Sequence record: SRR33789315_16
DNA: 63,069 nucleotides
Reading direction: 5' to 3' (one strand)
A model generated the notes under the pieces. It was not told the origin of the DNA and made no database searches. It saw nothing but the letters and a program-made list of their open reading frames with translations. The translations under genes were made by a program, and so were the position numbers. Below, in pieces: positions 55,240 through 63,069 of this stretch. Within the stretch, counting starts at the first letter, position 1; each line of letters opens with the position of its first letter.

Positions 55240-57030
55240 CTAGGACTCCACGACTCTTATGTTTAAGGCCAATTTATCGATGAGATCGTTTTCGTACTTT
55301 TTGAGTAAAAGAGCAAATTTATCATGTTCGACAATTGTGTATAGGCCATCGATATTATCGATAACGCCCATTTGTTGGAAATAGGTCATTGAACTTTTCG
55401 CAATCGCAATGGAGAAGCTTTCTTTGTATTTTACAACTCGTCCAAGACTTCTAAGTTCATCTAAGGTTTCTTTCATCTTACGAGTGTAAGAATCATATTT
55501 AAATCCTTGAGGATTTTTGGCATGAAGCTCTTTCATCGCCACCATGGCACCGTAATAGGCTTCATTGATGGTGCTACAAACTCTTGAGAAAACTCCAAGG
55601 TTGGCGACGATGGAGTAAAGTTCTTTTCTTGAAAGCTCAAGACAATCTTCAAGTGACTTTACTTCTCTGCCGATGCAGTCAGAAATAACTTTTAAAGTCT
55701 TTAAAAAGAACTCATGAACTGTTGGAAGATAAAACTCTTGTTTAAGCTGGGCACGCTGGGCAAGAAAGAACGTCTTAAGATCTTCAACGGTGTTAATTCT
55801 ACCGTTGAACATATTAATCCAAGCACCCGTAATAACCCATGGAACAAGAAAGTGATGAAGAATTGTATTTTTAAAATACAGAATTTCGGTTCGACTCTCT
55901 TCTTTAATTGAATAAAACGGATGACTTGTTCCATCGTTTCTTCCAATAAGTTCAATCTTTTTGTTACCGACGAGGATATCCATGGCACGGCCGAGAGCTG
56001 ACTCGAATTTTTCACAATCAAGGGAGCTAGTGACTGGAATATCAAACTTCTTACAATGAGTGATGACGGCCTTGGCTTTGGCAATAATATCACTCCACAA
56101 CAAAGCACCCTGTGGCTCATCAAGAAGAACCAATGCTAAAAGTGACGTTGGCGTCACCATCATATTGCGACCAACTTCCCTAAAACATTTAAAAGCTAAG
56201 TTTTGGGTTTGCTTTTTAAGCTCTTCTGCCGGCTCTCTAACCATATCAATTGGTTTTCCAAGATTGATATGAACTGAACCAAATTGATAAGCAAAAAGCT
56301 TAAACAAACCAAACAACTGACCGGTCGACTCTTTTTTCTTTTTCCCGCCACTAAGTTCTCTCGCCAATGACTTCTGTTCCGGAACGTATTCGTGAACAAT
56401 AGAAACTGGAAGAAAAATCAAAGGCGTCTTTTCACCAAGGTCACTTAAAACGTTATGGGCTTCAATCAGCATTTGGTAAAGGCCATAACGTGGAGGAAGT
56501 AGCTTTCCTGTTCTTGAACGACCACCCTCAAAGAAAAACTCAATTGGTTTTTTCTCTTTAAGAAGATAATACAAATAAGCTTCAAGAGTTAGTTTGTAGG
56601 TAATATCACTTGAAAAGCTTCTGCGAATAAAAAAGCAGCCTGATTTTCTAAACATCGTTCCAATTGGAAAAATATTCAGGTTAATTCCACCAGCGATATA
56701 AACAGGAAATCTATATTTTTTATAAACTTGGTAATTGATGGCTAAATAATCGGCGTGACTTTGGTGATTAGGCACTAAGACAACAGAGCCTTGCTTGGTT
56801 AGCTCTTCAAGATTGACATCACCTTCATTGAAGTTAATTCCATCATAAAGTCTTGGAAGAGCTGCATCTAACATCTTCTCCATCGACTTGATGTAGTTTG
56901 GAGAAAAGTCTGCAGCAATTTCTTTAAGACATTTTAAGGCGCGTTCTTTTTCGGCTTTGGAATTATCGCGTGAATCAATTCTGTCTTTTAATTTTGGATA
57001 GGACAGGACAACTTCTTGTAAATGAGTCAC
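55240..57030 (-). CDS. PlsB/GNPAT-like glycerol-3-phosphate acyltransferase
   Basis: PNHQSHADY (HxxxxD), AGGINL, FFIRR, FFEGGRSRTGK. Confidence 0.85.
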   Translation of the reverse strand: MTHLQEVVLSYPKLKDRIDSRDNSKAEKERALKCLKEIAADFSPNYIKSMEKMLDAALPRLYDGINFNEGDVNLEELTKQGSVVLVPNHQSHADYLAINYQVYKKYRFPVYIAGGINLNIFPIGTMFRKSGCFFIRRSFSSDITYKLTLEAYLYYLLKEKKPIEFFFEGGRSRTGKLLPPRYGLYQMLIEAHNVLSDLGEKTPLIFLPVSIVHEYVPEQKSLARELSGGKKKKESTGQLFGLFKLFAYQFGSVHINLGKPIDMVREPAEELKKQTQNLAFKCFREVGRNMMVTPTSLLALVLLDEPQGALLWSDIIAKAKAVITHCKKFDIPVTSSLDCEKFESALGRAMDILVGNKKIELIGRNDGTSHPFYSIKEESRTEILYFKNTILHHFLVPWVITGAWINMFNGRINTVEDLKTFFLAQRAQLKQEFYLPTVHEFFLKTLKVISDCIGREVKSLEDCLELSRKELYSIVANLGVFSRVCSTINEAYYGAMVAMKELHAKNPQGFKYDSYTRKMKETLDELRSLGRVVKYKESFSIAIAKSSMTYFQQMGVIDNIDGLYTIVEHDKFALLLKKYENDLIDKLALNIRVVES

Positions 57031-57051
57031 GCGAGAAAATCTCCAGTATTA

Positions 57052-58113
57052 TTAATTCAGACCATGTGGACGAGATTCCATCATGCCTGAAGTATTCATT
57101 TCCATAAACAATGCATTTTCTCTCATCGCAAGAATATGATCAACGCCTAGGTAGGTCATTCCCGAGCGAAGCCCTCCAGTTAACTCTGAAATCACTTCTG
57201 CCACTGGGCCTTTGCATGCAATACGAGTATCTACACCTTCTGCTGCCATGCCTTGAGGAAGCTCGCCTCTCCAAGAAACCTGAGCGGCTTTAGAGGCCAT
57301 TCCACGATAGGCTTTTGTTCCACCTTTAAGTTCACCAGGAGTCTCTAGAGTTCCTGATAATAGTGAGCCTGCCATCACAGTATCTCCACCAGCGCAAAGA
57401 GCTTTAACGATATCGCCAGATGTTTTTAAGCCACCGTCAGCAATCACTGGCACACCATGAGCAGTTGCTTCACGAGCACATAAAGCAATCGCTGTTAGCT
57501 GAGGCACACCATGACCTGTAATAATACGTGTCGTGCACATTGAGCCTGGCCCAATACCGACTTTAACAGCGTCAGCACCACGATCGATCATACGACGAAC
57601 ACCATCCGGAGTAGCAACGTTGCCTGCGATGACATCAATATGCGGGTATTTATTTTTAATATATTCAAGCGTATCGAGCATCATCACGGAATCGCCGTGA
57701 GCAATGTCTACAGTAAGGATATTAACGCCTGAGTCAGCTAATAAATCAGCACGACGCATGCCCTCTTTCTTAACACCGACAGAAGCTGCCACTGGAAGGT
57801 TTAATCCTTTTGCATCGATATGAGCGCGAACCTGTTTAACATGAAGAACTTGATCTTCAGGAGAAAGAAAACGGTGAATGATACCCATGCCACCAAGATC
57901 GGCCATGGCTATTGCCATTGTCGCTTCTGTAATAGTGTCCATGTTGGCACTAATGACTGGTGTATTTAGTGAATAATTTTTAGTAACTTTAGAGGACAGA
58001 ACGGGATCACGGCGCGAAGTAACGGCAGAGTGACGAGGAACCAAAAGTACATCATCAAAAGTAAGCCCTTTTCCGCGAGACAAAATTCCTTGCCAGTCAA
58101 ACATGAGTTCCAT
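57052..58113 (-). CDS. IMP dehydrogenase / GMP reductase family protein lacking CBS domains
   Basis: [39 protein letters not shown]. Confidence 0.9.
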   Translation of the reverse strand: MELMFDWQGILSRGKGLTFDDVLLVPRHSAVTSRRDPVLSSKVTKNYSLNTPVISANMDTITEATMAIAMADLGGMGIIHRFLSPEDQVLHVKQVRAHIDAKGLNLPVAASVGVKKEGMRRADLLADSGVNILTVDIAHGDSVMMLDTLEYIKNKYPHIDVIAGNVATPDGVRRMIDRGADAVKVGIGPGSMCTTRIITGHGVPQLTAIALCAREATAHGVPVIADGGLKTSGDIVKALCAGGDTVMAGSLLSGTLETPGELKGGTKAYRGMASKAAQVSWRGELPQGMAAEGVDTRIACKGPVAEVISELTGGLRSGMTYLGVDHILAMRENALFMEMNTSGMMESRPHGLN

Positions 58114-58228
58114 AATTACCTCAAAGCTTAAAAATTAGTATCAGCGTGCCAAACTATATAATTGAACTAGGGCTTTGTCCTTAAAAAATAAACTTAATCC
58201 ATTTAGGTACAAGAGAAAATGCATTGCG

Positions 58229-59826
58229 CTAGTTAGAAGGTTTAAGAATCTCGCTAATTTGAGAGCTTAATGTTTTTGAATAAAGAAATTGCCCATAATT
58301 CTTCATATGAACATAGTCCCACCACAAATCCCCTGACTCATAAGCTGTTTGAGATGAAACATCTGAAGAAGATAATAAAATAATTGCTGAATCAGATGCT
58401 GCCAACTCCCTTAAAATGTAATGATTATAAGTATTCGCATTTTCCGGATACTCTGCAGTATTGGGCTCATGAACTAAAAAAATCTTAAGTTTAGGATTGA
58501 GCTTTGCCAAACCAATTATCTTTTCAAGGTATAGCTGAAATTTACTACCTTTAACATCGTTATTACCTAAGGAAATAAGAAGATGGTTAAAGTCAGCAAC
58601 ATTAACTTTATTTTCTATGAGATAGTTATAGACCATCTCTGCATTAAATCCTTTAAGTGTATAACTTGTAAAAAATATGTCTTGATCAAAACTATTTTTG
58701 AGGTCGTTATAAAGTCTATAAGGCAATTGATATTCTACTCTGGTCGCCCCCTCTCCAGAAGCTTGACTTGAACCTAAAAAAATCCATTTCATTTTAGAGT
58801 TATAATCTCCCAGTGTAATGGTATCTGTAGAACTGTTTTTACGATTCTCTAAATCGAATAATTCGTAAAGAAATTTATGCTGCAAAAAAGAATTATAGAT
58901 TGAAGGATATTTAGGAATATGAGGAATATTATCAAAGAACCTATTACGCCAATTTAAGAAAGGATAAACAACTTGATTTGCAAATTTATCATTAGCTTTA
59001 ACCTGTTTAAGTTTAGTGAAATAAAAATAATCACAAGCGAAGTAAGCAAGAACGATGACTGAAACTGAAAAAGTAAACATTAAGATATATTCTTTAAACT
59101 TAAATCTAAAAAGAAAAAACAAGGAAGTGATAATACTTAATAAAATGATAAGTGGATAAGAAGCAGGAAAGTTAAAATCATCAAAGAAAATTAATTCATT
59201 ATTTGAATCATAAATTTCAATTTGATCGACATAGAAATCAAAATTGCCAGCGCCAATGGAGAAATAGACATCATTTCCTTTAAAATCAACTTGATTCTCT
59301 GAAATTAAATCACTATCCACATATAGTTTAATTAAATTGTCAGTTTTACAAAGTTTTATATCTCTATCACTAAAGAGTTCAGGTGTCTGAGCAAGCACTT
59401 TTCTATCAATATACTTGCCTATTTCATTGATTTTCAACCAAGAGCTATTTTCAAATTGGGAGTTCGTCAACAAGAGCGTCGTAGAGATTTTTTCTTTGGT
59501 TCTAAAATTAAATTTTGCAATCGACAAATCAGTAAAGATTGTTTTCAACTTAATGCATGAAAAATCATTGATAGGTGACGTAATGATGAGATCTTGGTTA
59601 CCAAACCAACCTGCTAAATTTAATCTATCTCGAAAACAGAGTTTCGATCATAAACATACTGAATATCTCCCATCACTGTATTATAGGGAGTCATTTTTAT
59701 CGAAATCCACTTATTGGGTGAATCTATTTGGTGCTTTGAAGAATTAATGGTCCAAATAAAAGATAAATAGAAAAGAAAAAACAAGATATTATAAAAAACG
59801 AACTCAACAACTTTCCTTTTAGTCAT
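58229..59826 (-). pseudogene. AT-rich membrane-anchored SGNH/GDSL hydrolase-like gene split by a 1-nt frameshift
   Basis: ORFs 59620-59826 and 58229-59548 join if one T is added at 59633-59636. SGNH blocks: FLGSSQASG, LGNND, WDYVH. Confidence 0.7.
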
Positions 59827-60124
59827 TAATCAAGCCAGCAAAATAAATGGGAAGAATGATATAAAGAATTGTGTCTCGAACTAGGTAGAATAAGAAGAAA
59901 TAGACAAATGCTTTTGGGCTTTTATTCCAAAGCTTTTCGATACCTAAAACCTGGGCTCTTTTACTCATGGAAATCATGAACTTTGATTTACCGTAGTGCT
60001 TTAAGAAAAACGAAATACCACCATCAACCTTTTTATCAAAGGCCTTAGCGCCAGCAAGCGGCACAGAGTAGATTTTAACCCATAGACGCTTTGCAAAAGA
60101 TTCTTGTTTAGTTAGAGAATTCAT
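59819..60124 (-). CDS. Small membrane hypothetical protein
   Basis: 101-aa ORF with C-terminal hydrophobic FFLFYLVRDTILYIILP. Confidence 0.7.
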   Translation of the reverse strand: MNSLTKQESFAKRLWVKIYSVPLAGAKAFDKKVDGGISFFLKHYGKSKFMISMSKRAQVLGIEKLWNKSPKAFVYFFLFYLVRDTILYIILPIYFAGLIND

Positions 60125-60237
60125 TAGACATCTTTTAGCAAAGACAACTTCTTTTGGGGAGTAAAAGCGTAAAAATTATGGGCCATACACTTTTGTGACA
60201 CAAACAATGTCGTTTTTTGCTAAGTTACTGATTAATC

Positions 60238-61161
60238 ATGATTGAAAAGCTAAGACTACTCCATTTACCCGCAGACATCCCTGTCAGCAAGACACTCGAT
60301 AGTGTTTTTGTCTTAGCAACATGTCAAAGAACATTACTTTTAGGAATTGATGAGTCCAAAACCATCGCAGAAACGAACCAACATATACTAGATGATTTAA
60401 GTGGTGATGCAGCTTATAGTTTTTTACTTGAAACTATCTGTGGACTAAAAAGCCAAGTCCTTGGTGAATACGAAGTTGTGGCGCAGTTTAAACAAGCCTA
60501 CTCAGAATACGTGCAAAATGATGAGCGCAATCCACAAATTATGCGGATTTTAGAAAAACTTTTCAAAGACGCCAAAACAGTTCGCTCTTCTCATCTTCTA
60601 GAAATTGGCTCTCATACATACGGTGGTCTTGCCAGAAAACTTTTAATTAAGCATTGCCCTGAACAAAAAGGTCGCGTGCTCATTTTAGGTTCAGGAAAAC
60701 TTGCTGAAGAATCACTCAAACTTTTAACTAGAAAGTTTGATGTCTACCTTTCAGCAAGAAATTTTGAACGAGTTGCAACTCTTCATGATCAACATGGGAT
60801 AAGACCAGTCGAGTGGTATTCCCCTCAACTTTATAAAGAATTCTCGCTTATCATCAATACCATCGGATCCCACGATACCATTTATAAAGGTGAATTTTTT
60901 GAAAGTTGGGCCAACTGTCATGATTATGGCAAGCGTGCCTTTATTGATCTTGGCTCACCTAGCGCCATTAACACAAAACTAGAAAACCATGATGGCATTT
61001 ACCGCCTCGATGATGTTTTCGCTTATCAAGAAGAACTTGATGAGCAAAAGAAAATTAAACTTGCAGATGCCAAAGCTGCGATCAAGGACTTAGTCGATCG
61101 CCGTACAGAGAGCTTTTCAACCAGCTCAATTTTAAAGACCAAGGATATGGAATTAGTCTAA
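60238..61161 (+). CDS. hemA: Glutamyl-tRNA reductase (short form)
   Basis: TCQR catalytic Cys, GLKSQVLGE, GSGKLA NADPH-binding motif, DLG.P; first gene of the hem cluster. Confidence 0.8.
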   Translation: MIEKLRLLHLPADIPVSKTLDSVFVLATCQRTLLLGIDESKTIAETNQHILDDLSGDAAYSFLLETICGLKSQVLGEYEVVAQFKQAYSEYVQNDERNPQIMRILEKLFKDAKTVRSSHLLEIGSHTYGGLARKLLIKHCPEQKGRVLILGSGKLAEESLKLLTRKFDVYLSARNFERVATLHDQHGIRPVEWYSPQLYKEFSLIINTIGSHDTIYKGEFFESWANCHDYGKRAFIDLGSPSAINTKLENHDGIYRLDDVFAYQEELDEQKKIKLADAKAAIKDLVDRRTESFSTSSILKTKDMELV

Positions 61162-62672
61162 TGAATAAAACATGGAAGATTGGAACCCGAGGCAGTTTAC
61201 TCGCGTTAACTCAATGTCAGCAAACAAGAGAATTATTAGAATCACGTAGTGGCGAGAAATTTGAACTTGTCGTTATTAAGACTCAAGGTGATCAACAAAC
61301 TGATAAACCTCTTTGGCAACTTGAAGGTAAAGACTTTTTTACAAAAGAACTTGATGAAGCTCTTTTAAAAAATGAAGTTGATCTCGTTGTTCACTCATAC
61401 AAAGATCTTGGCAGCGAAAGACCTGAAGGAATTAAACTAGCCGCCGTAGTTGAGCGTCAATACGGACATGACATCTTACTCATTCCAAGGAAAAATATTG
61501 AAGCCTTAAAAGCTGGGACCATTAAAGAGCTTATCGTTGGCACCAGCTCTCCAAGAAGAATTACAAATTTAGAAAATCAACTCTCAAGTTTTGTTCCTTC
61601 GAATCCAAAGATTTCAACAAAAATGCTTCGAGGAAACGTTAATACTCGTGTGCAAAAGCTTCAAGATGGAGACTATCACGCCATTGTCTTGGCCATGCCA
61701 GGACTTGAAAGATTGGCCCAAGGCAATGAGTCTAAGATTGAATTAAAAAGACTAATGCAGGATTTGGATTTCATGATCATGCCAGCATCAAAATTTCCGT
61801 GGGCAGCTTCCCAAGGTGCTTTGGCGATAGAGATGAACAAAGATAATCCTAAAGCTTCAGACATAGAAAAAATATTAAAAACAGTTCACCACGAAGAAAC
61901 TCAAGAAGCAGTAAAAAGAGAAAGAAAGGCCTTTAATCAATACGGAGGAGGATGCCATCTTGCTGTTGGCGTAGCAGTTATCGCCTCTAAGAAATGTTTT
62001 ATACACTCTCACCGTGGAGTTAAAGACGATCAAGTGATTGAAGAACTCTATCTTGAACCGGCTCCAAGCAAAGTTAAAGCAGCCAAAGTTTTTGAAGGCA
62101 TGCCTCATCACGACAAACTTTTAAAGAAATCACCTTTAACAAATATCGAAATAGATCTCAAAGACAAAGATGTCTTTGCAACGTCTTCAAATGTTTTTGA
62201 AGCAATCTCAAAAACAAATCAAATCCGTGGCTTATGGGCAGCTGGAACGAAGACCTGGCAAAAACTAGCCAGCGCAAACCACTGGGTTAATGGTGCTGCG
62301 GATAGTCTTGGAGAAGATCAACTTAAAGAATTTGAAAAGTCTGAGCTACTTAAAATCATCAGAGGAGATGATTTTGATTGGCTTGTACTATCTGCCGAGG
62401 ACGCCACAAGTCATTTGGGCCCAGTAGTTGAAACTTACACACGACAAACTCAACCGATGACAACAGAGTTTAAGCAATCCATTGAGTCTACATCTGACTT
62501 TTTCTGGACGAGCTACCCTCAGTTTCAAACTTACCTAGAACAATTCCCTAGTATTCATGCTAAAAGACATTGGTGTGGCTTAGGTAAAACCTATGATGCT
62601 TTTGTCGCAGCAAAAATAAATGTGATACCTGTAAGTGGAATATTAGAATTTAGAAAAATGACTCAAGTTTAA
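61161..62672 (+). CDS. hemC: Porphobilinogen deaminase with C-terminal HemD-like extension
   Basis: IGTRGSLLALTQ, FTKEL, VHSYKDL, GTSSPRR, RGNVNTR, GGGCH; ~200 extra residues containing FWTS and CGLGKT. Confidence 0.9.
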   Translation: MNKTWKIGTRGSLLALTQCQQTRELLESRSGEKFELVVIKTQGDQQTDKPLWQLEGKDFFTKELDEALLKNEVDLVVHSYKDLGSERPEGIKLAAVVERQYGHDILLIPRKNIEALKAGTIKELIVGTSSPRRITNLENQLSSFVPSNPKISTKMLRGNVNTRVQKLQDGDYHAIVLAMPGLERLAQGNESKIELKRLMQDLDFMIMPASKFPWAASQGALAIEMNKDNPKASDIEKILKTVHHEETQEAVKRERKAFNQYGGGCHLAVGVAVIASKKCFIHSHRGVKDDQVIEELYLEPAPSKVKAAKVFEGMPHHDKLLKKSPLTNIEIDLKDKDVFATSSNVFEAISKTNQIRGLWAAGTKTWQKLASANHWVNGAADSLGEDQLKEFEKSELLKIIRGDDFDWLVLSAEDATSHLGPVVETYTRQTQPMTTEFKQSIESTSDFFWTSYPQFQTYLEQFPSIHAKRHWCGLGKTYDAFVAAKINVIPVSGILEFRKMTQV

Positions 62673-62686
62673 AAAAGGAAATAGTT

Positions 62687-63069
62687 TTGATCGATAACCA
62701 TAGTGAACTCTTTGAACTATCAAAAAAAATAATCCCTGGTGGTGTACACTCACCTGTTAGAGGCTTTAAAGGTCTGCCAATGGCCCCGCGCTTTTTTGAA
62801 AAAGCAGAAGGTGCTTACATTACTGATGTCGCTGGAAAAAACTATATTGATTTTTGTATGAGTTTTGGCCCGTTAATTTTAGGGCATAGAGACCTGGATG
62901 TTGAACGCGAGCTAAAGTTTGCCCTAGAAAAAGGATGGAGTTATGGAGCATGTGAACCATACTCTTTAAAACTCGCTCAATTTCTTGTTGAACGCCTACC
63001 CTTCATCGACCAGATTCGTTTTGTAAATTCTGGCACTGAAGCTGTCATGACAGCTATCCGTTTAGCTCG
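62687..63069 (+). CDS. hemL: Glutamate-1-semialdehyde 2,1-aminomutase (truncated by window end)
   Basis: Manual translation from TTG 62687: ..IPGGVHSPVRGF..YIDFCMSFGPLILGH..RFVNSGTEAVMTAIRLA. Confidence 0.95.
   Translation, partial: MIDNHSELFELSKKIIPGGVHSPVRGFKGLPMAPRFFEKAEGAYITDVAGKNYIDFCMSFGPLILGHRDLDVERELKFALEKGWSYGACEPYSLKLAQFLVERLPFIDQIRFVNSGTEAVMTAIRLA

Noticed and set aside
58135-58155. sigma54-like TTGGCACG upstream of the IMPDH/GMPR gene
   Set aside because: The -12 GC is absent at the required 10-nt spacing.

Overview
A gene-dense, AT-rich bacterial chromosome segment with no rRNA, tRNA, CRISPR array, prophage or transposase that I could recognise. The gene content points, by inference, to a predatory Bdellovibrionota of the Bacteriovorax/Halobacteriovorax/Peredibacter type: many secreted hydrolases, Cys-rich lipoproteins, RxPAS motifs and a sphingolipid-desaturase-like gene. 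Housekeeping blocks are ffh-rpsP-khpA, rnc-era-der, yfgM-bamB, infC-rpmI-rplT, hemA-hemC(D)-hemL, a Znu-like ABC transporter, class II ribonucleotide reductase, queF, folE, a plsB-like gene and transaldolase. These are interspersed with exported enzymes: two phospholipase D paralogs, a lysyl endopeptidase, an M14 carboxypeptidase, endonuclease I, a matrixin and an SLT-like/SH3 protein. The main points of interest are: (1) an in-frame ferrochelatase-MFS transporter fusion; (2) an orphan pair, an 811-aa secreted protein and a ~2000-aa Cys-rich beta-propeller lipoprotein, each behind a sigma28-like promoter; (3) a Xer-like recombinase with three catalytic residues substituted but the Tyr retained; (4) Der with a ~125-aa acidic insert inside GD2; (5) a DEGS-like desaturase; (6) back-to-back sigma54-like promoters for PLD and the SLT-SH3 gene; (7) an AT-rich SGNH gene split by a 1-nt frameshift. 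All calls come from motif recognition by eye; no searches were run.
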